Shown: piece after piece, positions 52,980-64,000 of the stretch | Numbering within the stretch: position 1 is the stretch's first letter | Layout: each line of letters starts with the position of its first letter | Assembly: GCA_963770895.1 (NCBI GenBank) | Contig: CAVYRF010000002.1 | Coordinates: 2,016,001-2,080,000, forward strand | Reading direction: 5' to 3' | DNA: 64,000 bases | Origin: an uncultured Acidobacteriota bacterium | Lineage (GTDB): Bacteria > Acidobacteriota > Thermoanaerobaculia > Multivoradales > UBA5704 | Notes under the pieces: generated by a model | Told to the model about the DNA's origin: nothing | Databases searched by the model: none | What the model saw: the letters and a program-made list of their open reading frames with translations, nothing else | Program-made: the position numbers and the translations under genes

Positions 52980-54071
52980 CTACCGGGCGCCCAGGCGCAC
53001 CGGCTGGCGGCGGGCGCCCCAGCGGCCGGGCGGGCCGGAAAAGCGGCCGGCGCAGGCGGTGCCGCAGCGGTCGCAGGCGCCGGCGGCGGTCAGGTGCCAG
53101 TCGGTCAACTCAAACCAGTCGCGCCCGACCAGCCGCTGGCCGCAGCCGTGGCACCAGGTGCTGCCGCCTTCCGCGTCGTGGACGTTGCCGGTATAGGCGT
53201 AGCGCAGGCCGTTGGCGAGCGCGATGCGGCGGGCGCGCGTCAGGGTCGCGGGCGGCGTCGGCGGCGTCGTCAGCATCTTGTAGTCGGGGTGGAAGGCGGT
53301 GAAGTGGATCGGCACGTCAGGCCCCAGCTGATCCGCCACCCAGCGGGTCATGGCGTCCAGCTCCGCATCCGAGTCGTTCTCGCCGGGGATGAGCAGGGTG
53401 GTGATCTCGAACCAGACCGCGGTTTCGCGCTTGAGGTAGCGCAGGGTGTCGAGCACCGGCGCCAGCTCGCCGCCGCAGATCTTGCGGTAGAAGCTGTCGG
53501 TGAATCCCTTGAGATCCACGTTGGCGGCGTCCAGGTGGGCGAACAGGTCGCGGCGCGGCTCATCGCAGATCTCGCCGGCGGTCACGGCGACCGTCTGGAT
53601 GCCCGCCGCGCGGCAGGCGTCCGCCACGTCCACCGCATACTCCAGAAAGATCACCGGATCGTTGTAGGTGAAGGCGACGCTGGCGCACCCCAGGCGCGCG
53701 GCGGCGGCGGCGATCTGCTCCGGCGAGGCCCCGTCGGCCAGCGTATCGACCTGGCGCGACTTGCTGATGTCCCAGTTCTGGCAGAACTTGCAGGCCAGGT
53801 TGCAGCCGGCCGTGCCGAACGACAGCACCGGCGTGCCGGGCAGGAAATGGTTGAGCGGCTTCTTTTCGATCGGGTCCACACAGAAGCCGCTGGAGCGCCC
53901 ATACGTCTTGAGCACGATCTGATCGCCTTCGCGCGCCCGCACGAAGCACAGCCCACGCTGCCCCTCCAGCAGCTTGCACGCCCGCGGACACAGGTCGCAC
54001 TGCACCCGGCCGTTGTCCAGCCGGTGCCAGTACCGTGTCGGCACGGTGTCGCTGAGCTCGACGGTGCCCAT
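52980..54071 (-). CDS. amrS: AmmeMemoRadiSam system radical SAM enzyme
   Basis: CDLCPR, DPIEKKPLNHFLPG, CNLACKFC (CxxxCxxC), FTYNDP, NVDLKGF, FHPDYK, YTGNV. Confidence 0.9.
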   Translation of the reverse strand: MGTVELSDTVPTRYWHRLDNGRVQCDLCPRACKLLEGQRGLCFVRAREGDQIVLKTYGRSSGFCVDPIEKKPLNHFLPGTPVLSFGTAGCNLACKFCQNWDISKSRQVDTLADGASPEQIAAAAARLGCASVAFTYNDPVIFLEYAVDVADACRAAGIQTVAVTAGEICDEPRRDLFAHLDAANVDLKGFTDSFYRKICGGELAPVLDTLRYLKRETAVWFEITTLLIPGENDSDAELDAMTRWVADQLGPDVPIHFTAFHPDYKMLTTPPTPPATLTRARRIALANGLRYAYTGNVHDAEGGSTWCHGCGQRLVGRDWFELTDWHLTAAGACDRCGTACAGRFSGPPGRWGARRQPVRLGAR

Positions 54072-54130
54072 CCCTCTGTCCGACAGCGCTGAGGGCGGCT
54101 TTATTCCACAAAAGCTGGGATACTTCGGAC

Positions 54131-55324
54131 ATGGGCGCGACAGGGCGGTGGTCGGGGAGGTTTGGCCGTTGCGGTCGCCGTGGCTGGCTGGCGTCGGCGG
54201 TGCTGTCGGCGGCCTTGCTGGCGTCGCTCCTGCCGCGGCCGTCGGCGGCGCACGAGCTGGGAATGTTTCAGGTCTTCGGCACCTTCCAGCGCGACGGCAC
54301 CTTCCGTTTCGACGTCAAGGTGGACCAGGAGCACCTGCCCGGCGACCGCCAGGGCGGCCCGGCGCGCGCCACCCGCTACGGCCCCATCCAGGGGATGGGC
54401 GGCGCCGCCGAAAAGCAGTTCGGCCGCTTCCTCTGCGACTTGGCCGACGCGCTCACCCTGCGCTTCGACGGCCGCCCGTTCGCGCCGGTCCTGGCCCTGG
54501 ACCCGCAGGCCGCGGCCGACGCCGCCCTTACCGGGCGCGTGGTGATGCGGGTCGAAGGCTGGACCCCCCCCGGCGCCCATACCTTCACCCTGACCAGCGG
54601 CCTGCCCGGCAAGCCCTATCCGCTGGTGCTCAACAACGAAGGCGACGAGCTTTCGGTGTGGAAGTGGATCGACAGCGGCGCCACCAGCCAGCCCTTCCGC
54701 CTGGCCCCCGCCGTCGTGCCGCCCGCGTCCGCCGCCGTCGCCCGCATCTTCGCCCTGCGCGGCGCCGCCGGCGTCCTGCCGCACGGCCCCGCCGCCCTCC
54801 TGCTGGTCGCCGCCCTCTTCCTGCTCGCCAGCCGCCCGCTTGTCGCCGCCGCCCAGCTCGCCGGCCTGACCCTCGCCCAGCTCGCCGGCCTGGCCCTGGC
54901 CGTCTCCGGCGGCCTCACCCCCTCGCCCGCCTGGACCGCCCCCCTCCTGGCCCTCGCCGTCACCTGCCTGGCGCTTGCCGCCCTGGTGCCAGGGTCGGAG
55001 CGGCGCCCTATTGCGGCGTGGCTGCCCCTCCTGATCCTGCCGGTGGGCCTGCTCTACGGCCTGGCCGCGGCGCCGGTCTTTCCCCGCGCCGCCGCTCCGG
55101 CCGCGTCGATGCTCGCCGGCCACGCGCCGCCCTGGCTCGCTCCCGCCGTCGCCGCCTTTGCCCTGGGCACCCTGGCCGCCGAGCTGGCCGTCACCGCCGC
55201 CGCCTTCGCCCTGATCGGCCTGCCCCTGGGCCGCCACTCCTGGTATCGCTCCCGCGTCGTGGTCCCCGCCGCCGCCCTGATCGCCGTCATCGGCCTCTAC
55301 TGGTCCCTGGCCGGCCTGCTGTAG
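54131..55324 (+). CDS. HupE/UreJ-like membrane protein with degenerate His motifs
   Basis: Signal peptide ending AAHE, a soluble domain, then a TM domain aligning by eye with HupE/UreJ (VGLLYGLA, FALGTLAAELAV, YRSRVVVPAAALIAVIGLYW). Confidence 0.6.
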   Translation: MGATGRWSGRFGRCGRRGWLASAVLSAALLASLLPRPSAAHELGMFQVFGTFQRDGTFRFDVKVDQEHLPGDRQGGPARATRYGPIQGMGGAAEKQFGRFLCDLADALTLRFDGRPFAPVLALDPQAAADAALTGRVVMRVEGWTPPGAHTFTLTSGLPGKPYPLVLNNEGDELSVWKWIDSGATSQPFRLAPAVVPPASAAVARIFALRGAAGVLPHGPAALLLVAALFLLASRPLVAAAQLAGLTLAQLAGLALAVSGGLTPSPAWTAPLLALAVTCLALAALVPGSERRPIAAWLPLLILPVGLLYGLAAAPVFPRAAAPAASMLAGHAPPWLAPAVAAFALGTLAAELAVTAAAFALIGLPLGRHSWYRSRVVVPAAALIAVIGLYWSLAGLL

Positions 55325-55340
55325 CCGGCTGTGTAGCCGG

Positions 55341-55393
55341 TTGACTTCCTGGGGGGCACTGGTATCATGCGGAATTAGTACTCTCTGAGTACT
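55341..55393 (+). promoter_or_regulatory. suf promoter and putative Rrf2 operator
   Basis: TTGACT-16 nt-(TGG)TATCAT, then the perfect 7-3-7 inverted repeat AGTACTC-TCT-GAGTACT at 55377-55393. Confidence 0.75.
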
Positions 55394-55441
55394 GTTTTGT
55401 CTGGTGAAGGGCGTGTGGCACGAGGGAAGGCGGCGGCAAGC

Positions 55442-55954
55442 ATGATTCGAATCACCAAGCAGACCGACTATGGGATCGTCCTGCTGACCCAGATGGCGGG
55501 GGGTGGGGAGCGCCGTTACAATGCGCCGGATTTGGCGGCGGAGGCGCGGCTGCCGCTGCCGATGGTGAGCAAGATCCTGAAGCTGTTGACGCGCGAAGGG
55601 GTGCTGACGTCGCATCGCGGGGTGAAGGGGGGGTACAGCCTGGCGCGGCACCCGGCGTCGATCTCGATGGCGGGGATCGTGGCCGCCCTGGAAGGCCCGA
55701 TCGCGATCACGGAGTGCATCGACGAAGAGGGCGATTGCGCGCACGAAGCGCTCTGTCCGGTGCGCAGCAACTGGCACCGGATCAACGAAGCGGTGCTGGT
55801 CGCTCTGCAAGGCATCACGCTGGCGGAGATGGCCGTGCCGATGGCGCCCCTGGTGTCGCTGGCCGCCCGGTCGTCCAAGCTGGTGACCCTGGGGCGCGGC
55901 GGGGCGGCCACGGCGGCGGCAGTGAATGCCGGGCCCCAGTCGCACCAGGCATAG
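55442..55954 (+). CDS. Rrf2-family SUF system Fe-S cluster assembly regulator
   Basis: MIRITKQTDYG, SHRGVKGGYSLAR, LEGPIAITEC.....DC.....C (three Cys). Confidence 0.9.
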   Translation: MIRITKQTDYGIVLLTQMAGGGERRYNAPDLAAEARLPLPMVSKILKLLTREGVLTSHRGVKGGYSLARHPASISMAGIVAALEGPIAITECIDEEGDCAHEALCPVRSNWHRINEAVLVALQGITLAEMAVPMAPLVSLAARSSKLVTLGRGGAATAAAVNAGPQSHQA

Positions 55955-56038
55955 GCCCTCCCTGGCAACAACCGAACCGAGCCGACGACGGCACGCGGCA
56001 CTCCGCGGCCGAGCACGACAGGAAGGATCGAAACGCCA

Positions 56039-57484
<1,446 letters not shown>

Positions 57485-57545
57485 CGCCGGCCGCGTCCAG
57501 GGCACAAACAGCCGGGAACTGACAGCAAGGAGTGGAACGCGAGCG

Positions 57546-58372
57546 ATGATGCTTCAGATCAAGAATTTGCACGCCGCAGTCGAGGGCACGGAGATCCTGC
57601 GCGGCATCGACCTCGACCTGCCGAGCGGTGAGGTGCACGCCATCATGGGGCCGAATGGCTCCGGCAAGAGCACGCTGGCGCGGGTCCTGGCGGGGCAGGA
57701 AAGCTACCAGGTCACCGCCGGGCAGGTGCTGTTTCAGGGCCAGGACCTGCTGGACATGGATCCCGAAGAGCGGGCGCGGGCCGGCGTCTTCATGGCGTTC
57801 CAATATCCGGTTGAGATTCCCGGCGTGAGCAACACCTATTTTCTCAAGGCGGCGCTCAACGCGGTGCGCAAGCATCGCGGCCTGCCCGAGCTCGAAGCGG
57901 TGGAATTCCTCAAGCTGGTGCGGCGGAAGATGAAGCTGGTGCAGATGGACGAATCGCTGCTCAACCGGCCGGTCAACGAAGGTTTTTCGGGCGGTGAAAA
58001 GAAGCGCAACGAAATCTTCCACATGGCGGTGCTCGAGCCGCTCCTGGCGGTGCTGGATGAAACCGACTCCGGCCTCGACATCGATGCGCTGCGCGTCGTT
58101 GCCGAGGGCGTGAACGCCCTGCGCCAGCCCGAGCGCGCATTCCTGCTCATCACCCACTACCAGCGGCTGCTCAACTACATCACTCCCGACCGCGTGCACG
58201 TCCTGGTGGACGGCCGCATCGTCCGCTCGGGCGGCAAGGAGCTGGCGCTGGAGCTGGAAGAGAAAGGCTACGCCTGGCTGGAAGCCGCCGTCGCCGCCGT
58301 TCCGGCGACAGCGGGTGGCTCGCCGGCCGCGTCCGCCCCCGGCGCCGCCGGAGGCGCCGGAAGCGTCGGAGG

Positions 58373-58376
<4 letters not shown>
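57546..58376 (+). CDS. sufC: Fe-S cluster assembly ATPase SufC
   Basis: MGPNGSGKSTL, AFQYPVEIPGV, NEGFSGGEKKRNE, LDETDSGLDIDAL, ITHYQRLL. Confidence 0.98.
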
Positions 58377-59944
<1,568 letters not shown>

Positions 59945-59946
59945 CC

Positions 59947-61209
59947 ATGACCGTCGCAGCCGCAGAAACCTCCGCCGCGTCGGGCTACGACCTGTCGCGG
60001 GTGCGGGCGGATTTCCCGCTGCTCGCCCATTCGTTGCACGGCAGGCCGCTGGTTTACCTGGACAACGCCGCGTCGACGCAAAAGCCGCGCGCCGTGCTGG
60101 ATGCGATCGGCGCCTGCTACCGCGACTACTACGCCAACGTCTCGCGCGGGGTGCACACCCTGTCGCACCGGGCGACCGAGGCGCGGGAGCGCGCCCGCGC
60201 CACCGTCGCCTCGTTCATCGGCGCGGCGAGCGCCGACGAAATCGTCTTCGTCCGCGGCACGACCGAGGCGATCAACCTGGTCGCCGCAAGCTACGGGCGC
60301 AGCCGGCGCGCCGGCCTCCAGGAAGGCGACGAGATCGTCGTCACCGCCATGGAGCATCACTCCAACCTGGTGCCCTGGCAGATGCTCTGCCGGGAACGCG
60401 GCGCCCGGCTGCGGGTGGCGCCGATCGACCGCCGCGGCGACCTGAACCTGGCGGCGTTCGGCCGGCTGCTGTCGCCGCGCACGCGGCTGGTGGCGGTGGC
60501 GCACGTCTCGAACGTCCTGGGCACGGTCAACCCGATCGCCCAGATCACCGCCATGGCGCACGCCCGCGGCGCCGTCGTGGTGGTGGACGGCGCCCAGGCG
60601 GCGCCTCACCTGGACGTGGACGTGGCGGCGCTGGGCTGCGACTTTTACGCCTTCTCGGCGCACAAGGTGTACGGCCCCAGCGGCATCGGCGCGCTCTACG
60701 GGCGCGCCGAGCTGCTGGCCGAGATGCCGCCCTGGCAGGGCGGCGGCGGCATGATCGAAACCGTCACCTTCCAAGGCGCCACCTACGCTCCGCCGCCCTA
60801 TCGCTTCGAGGCGGGCACCCCCAGCATCGAAGGGGCGATCGGCTTCGCCGCGGCCCTCGACTACCTGACCACCCTGGGCCTGCCGGCGGTGGCGGCGTGG
60901 GAACGGCACCTGCTGCGCCAGGCGGCTGAGCGATTGAGCGCCATCCCCGGCGTGCACCTGGTGGGCGACCCCGGCGAGCGGGCCAGCGTCCTCTCTTTCG
61001 TCGTCGACGGGGTGCACCCCCACGACGTCGCCACCGTTCTGGACGGCCTCGGCATCGCGGTGCGGGCGGGCCATCACTGTGCGCAGCCGCTGATGGAGGT
61101 GCTGGAGCTGCCTGCCACCACGCGCGCTTCCTTCGCGCTGTACAACACCAGCGACGAAGTGGAAGCGCTGGCGGCGGCGGTCGGCAGGCTGCGCGAGGTG
61201 TTCGCATGA
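59947..61209 (+). CDS. sufS: Cysteine desulfurase SufS
   Basis: YLDNAASTQKP, MEHHSN, DGAQ, FSAHK (PLP), EAGTP, RAGHHCAQP. Confidence 0.96.
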   Translation: MTVAAAETSAASGYDLSRVRADFPLLAHSLHGRPLVYLDNAASTQKPRAVLDAIGACYRDYYANVSRGVHTLSHRATEARERARATVASFIGAASADEIVFVRGTTEAINLVAASYGRSRRAGLQEGDEIVVTAMEHHSNLVPWQMLCRERGARLRVAPIDRRGDLNLAAFGRLLSPRTRLVAVAHVSNVLGTVNPIAQITAMAHARGAVVVVDGAQAAPHLDVDVAALGCDFYAFSAHKVYGPSGIGALYGRAELLAEMPPWQGGGGMIETVTFQGATYAPPPYRFEAGTPSIEGAIGFAAALDYLTTLGLPAVAAWERHLLRQAAERLSAIPGVHLVGDPGERASVLSFVVDGVHPHDVATVLDGLGIAVRAGHHCAQPLMEVLELPATTRASFALYNTSDEVEALAAAVGRLREVFA

Positions 61210-61742
61210 CCGCGGGCCGCTCTGCCGGCATGGCCGGCGCCGGCGGCGCCGCGGAGCGGCAGGATGCGTTGACCGAGATGTACGGCGAGATGATCCTGGA
61301 TCACAACCGCAGGCCGCGCAACTTCGGCCGGCTCGATGCCGCCAGCCACAGCGCCCAGGGCAACAATCCGCTGTGCGGCGATCGTGTCGCCGTCTACCTG
61401 CTGCTGGACGGCGACCGCATCCAGGACATCGCTTTTGACGGCGCGGGCTGCGCCATCTCGACAGCCTCGGCCTCGATGATGACCGAAGCCCTGCGCGGCA
61501 AGCCGGTCGGCGAGGCGCGCCAGCTGTTCGAGCGCTTCCGCGCCCTGCTCACCCAGGACCCGGCCGCCACCGACCCCGACCTGGGATCGCTGATGGCGTT
61601 CGCCGGGGTTCGTCAGTATCCAATGCGCGTCAAGTGCGCGACGCTGCCGTGGCACGCCTTGGTGGCGGCCCTCGGCGCGCCGGCGGCGGGCGGCGCCGGC
61701 GCCGCAGCGGCCGCGGACCATGGCGAATCCGGCCGCGATTGA
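61206..61742 (+). CDS. sufU: SufU sulfur-transfer protein
   Basis: NPLCGD, GCAISTASASMM, PMRVKCATLPW. Confidence 0.92.
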   Translation: MTAGRSAGMAGAGGAAERQDALTEMYGEMILDHNRRPRNFGRLDAASHSAQGNNPLCGDRVAVYLLLDGDRIQDIAFDGAGCAISTASASMMTEALRGKPVGEARQLFERFRALLTQDPAATDPDLGSLMAFAGVRQYPMRVKCATLPWHALVAALGAPAAGGAGAAAAADHGESGRD

Positions 61743-61785
61743 AGCACCTGGCGCCGGCGGCGGCGCCTCCAGCAAGGAGACAGCG

Positions 61786-62259
61786 ATGGAAGAGCAAAGC
61801 GCAACAGCAGCACCACCACTGCCGGGCGCACCGGTGCCGGCGCCGGCAAGCGATGCCGGGATGGCGGAGCAGATCGCGGCGCCCTCGCCGGGCGCGGCGG
61901 AGCCGGCCCTGGATGCCGCGACGGCGAAGCCAGCCGCCGCATCTCCCGCGGGCGAAGATGCCGTCGAGCTGAGCATCGTCGAAGCGCTCAAGACGGTGTT
62001 CGATCCCGAGATCCCGGTCAACATCTACGAGATGGGTCTGATCTATGACCTGCACGTCGCGCCGGACGGCCAGGTGCAGATCAAGATGACGCTGACCTCG
62101 CCCGCCTGCCCGGTCGCCGGCTCGCTGCCGGGAGAGGTGAAGACCAAGGTCGAGGCGGTGCCCGGAGTGGTCGCGGCCGACGTCGAGCTGGTGTGGGACC
62201 CGGTGTGGAATCCCTCGATGATGTCGGAGGCGGCGCGGCTCGAGCTCGGCATGTTCTGA
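61786..62259 (+). CDS. sufT: SufT / DUF59 Fe-S assembly protein
   Basis: VFDPEIPVNIYEMGLIY, MTLTSPACP, VWDPVW...MMSEAARLELG; AAGGAG before ATG 61786. Confidence 0.9.
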   Translation: MEEQSATAAPPLPGAPVPAPASDAGMAEQIAAPSPGAAEPALDAATAKPAAASPAGEDAVELSIVEALKTVFDPEIPVNIYEMGLIYDLHVAPDGQVQIKMTLTSPACPVAGSLPGEVKTKVEAVPGVVAADVELVWDPVWNPSMMSEAARLELGMF

Positions 62260-62332
62260 ACCGGCTGTGGCATAGTTGTCGTGGCCGCGCGGCGCTTGGG
62301 CGCGAGCGGCCGGCGGAGGAGCAGGAACCTGT

Positions 62333-63025
62333 ATGAGATCTCCCTTGCGTCACCTCGCATCGGCGCTGGGCCTGGCCGCCCTGTTGCTGGTGCTCGTGCC
62401 AGCCGGGCGCGCCAGTGCGCAAAGCACCGACGAAGACTTCCACTACCACTGGCAGCTGCGCAACGTCGTGGGCGTCATCCTCGGTTTTTTCTTTCCTCGC
62501 CAGGGCAACGGCGAGCTGGCGTTCAAGCTGCAAAAAGACGGGCATCTGCGCGGCGAGCTGATGATCACCTCGCCCGAGAGCCGCGAAGGCGAATACTGGC
62601 GCTACGGTTCCGAGATCGATCCGCGCACCCTGCAGCCGATCCGGGTGTGGAGCTCCTACCAGTGGCGCGGCAAATCCAAATCGAAAACGGACGAGGTGGA
62701 TCAAAAGGGGGTGCTCGACATTTCGTGCGCCATCTACTCGATCCGCCACGCGCCGCCGCACCAGGCCACGGACATGGAAATCTGGTCGGACGGCAAGATC
62801 TATCCGGTGACGGTGTTCCCGATGGGCGACGAGGTGCGGCAGGTCTCCGATCGCAACGTCGAGACCCGCCACTTCGCGATCCGCGGCCGCGATCTGCCGG
62901 ATCGCCGCCACTGGACGGCCAAGGTCGATTTCTGGCTGTCCAAGGACGCGATCGCCACGCCGGTGGAAATCCAGATCTCGCGCAACCTGGCCGACGTGAA
63001 GCTGGAGCTGCTGCCCAACGCATGA
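62333..63025 (+). CDS. Exported hypothetical protein, DUF3108-like
   Basis: Signal peptide ending ASA; D..CAIYSIR, SDGKIYPV, FWLSKD..ATPVEI resemble the DUF3108 C terminus. Confidence 0.6.
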   Translation: MRSPLRHLASALGLAALLLVLVPAGRASAQSTDEDFHYHWQLRNVVGVILGFFFPRQGNGELAFKLQKDGHLRGELMITSPESREGEYWRYGSEIDPRTLQPIRVWSSYQWRGKSKSKTDEVDQKGVLDISCAIYSIRHAPPHQATDMEIWSDGKIYPVTVFPMGDEVRQVSDRNVETRHFAIRGRDLPDRRHWTAKVDFWLSKDAIATPVEIQISRNLADVKLELLPNA

Positions 63026-63073
63026 AGCTGCCGCCGGCGACTGCCGGCACTTTCGACTGAAGGAGGAGCTGCC

Positions 63074-63709
63074 ATGAAGCAAGCGCAACGTGGTTGGATT
63101 GTCCTCGCCACGGTGGTGTCGGCCGGCCTGATGCTTGCCGGTTGCGGCTCCACCGCCACCGGCACGTCCAGCGCCTCGGCCGGCGGCGACAAATCGATGG
63201 GCTCCGCCAAAATGGCCGCGGGCGGCGGCGGTCAGGTCGCCCGCGCGGTGTTGCAGCCGGGCGCCGACACCCCCGGATTCTCGGGCACCGTCACCTTCAC
63301 CCAGCAGGGCGACCAGGTGCACGTGGTGGCGGACCTGGCGGGAGTCTCGCCGGCCGGCAACCACGGCTTCCATATTCACGAAAACGGCAAGTGCGAACGC
63401 GATCCGGCCGGCAAGCATTTCACCACCGCCGGCGGCCACTTCAATCCCGGCGGCGTACCGCACGCCTGTCCCGACGCGTCCCAGCACCACGCCGGCGACC
63501 TGGGCAACGTGGTGATCCAGGCCGATGGCACCGGCCATGTCGACATCACCACCTCCCAGCTGTCGCTCACCGGTCCCAATTCGGTGATCGGCAGGGCGGT
63601 CATTCTGCACGCCGGCGTGGACGACTGCACCAGCCAACCCTCGGGCAACGCCGGCGGCCGGCTGGCATGCGGCGTGATCACGGCGCCGGCGGCGGCCTCG
63701 GGACACTGA
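63074..63709 (+). CDS. sodC: Cu/Zn superoxide dismutase (lipoprotein)
   Basis: Lipobox LAGC; HGFHIHE, GGHFNP, PH, HAGDLGN, ILHAG, GGRLACG ligands all present. Confidence 0.93.
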   Translation: MKQAQRGWIVLATVVSAGLMLAGCGSTATGTSSASAGGDKSMGSAKMAAGGGGQVARAVLQPGADTPGFSGTVTFTQQGDQVHVVADLAGVSPAGNHGFHIHENGKCERDPAGKHFTTAGGHFNPGGVPHACPDASQHHAGDLGNVVIQADGTGHVDITTSQLSLTGPNSVIGRAVILHAGVDDCTSQPSGNAGGRLACGVITAPAAASGH

Positions 63710-63758
63710 TCGCGCTGCCGCTGCCGCCACCGCGGCAGGCGTCCAAGGATTGCGCACC

Positions 63759-64000
63759 ATGAGACACCCCGCCTCCCAGCGGGAGCTGTGGGCGACGCTC
63801 GTGCCGACGGCGGGCGCGCTGGTGGCGCTCGCCGCGGCGGCGAGCGCCCGCGGCCTGTCCGACCTCGACCGGCTGGGCGGCTCGTGGGCCAGCTTCGGCG
63901 GCCCGGCGTGGGCGCTGGCGCTCCTGGCGGTCGGCGCCGCCGGTGCCTTCCACCGGCCCTTCAATCGCTCCACCCTGGCGCTGGGCGCGGCAACCCTCGC
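63759..64000 (+). CDS. Membrane protein, 5' fragment truncated by the window edge
   Basis: Open frame from ATG 63759 (MRHPASQRELWATLVPTAGALVAL...) with hydrophobic segments and no stop before the edge. Confidence 0.55.
   Translation, partial: MRHPASQRELWATLVPTAGALVALAAAASARGLSDLDRLGGSWASFGGPAWALALLAVGAAGAFHRPFNRSTLALGAATL

Overview
Very GC-rich bacterial chromosomal segment. Gene style and families suggest Acidobacteriota/Thermoanaerobaculia, but this is inference and was not searched. The first 15.6 kb is the 5' part of a giant minus-strand NRPS that runs off the left edge, so it is absent from the ORF track. Its order is ACP, starter-type C, four A-T modules with Ser-like codes, then a fifth C domain. 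Next to it lie an ABC ATPase, a YfhO-like GT-C and a divergent aminotransferase/GT2/GT-C cassette. The rest is mostly core genome: pyrF, an NCS2 permease, a divergent XRE / zinc-finger-TPR-like pair, mutS2-dnaG-rpoD-tRNA-Asn, a DUF3999-like gene, acs, a peptidase-propeller-barrel protein, PaaI, PAS-GGDEF-EAL, pckA, an uncharacterised Rossmann-fold protein, tricorn protease, MscS, Glu dehydrogenase, AmrS radical SAM, a His-less HupE/UreJ, an Rrf2-led SUF operon and sodC. The best leads are a possible NRPS plus GT-C glycolipopeptide system, a 42-nt palindromic element inserted in frame in two C domains, the XRE/zinc-finger pair, and sharp local GC-skew switch points. Family calls come from reading motifs by eye, not from database searches.
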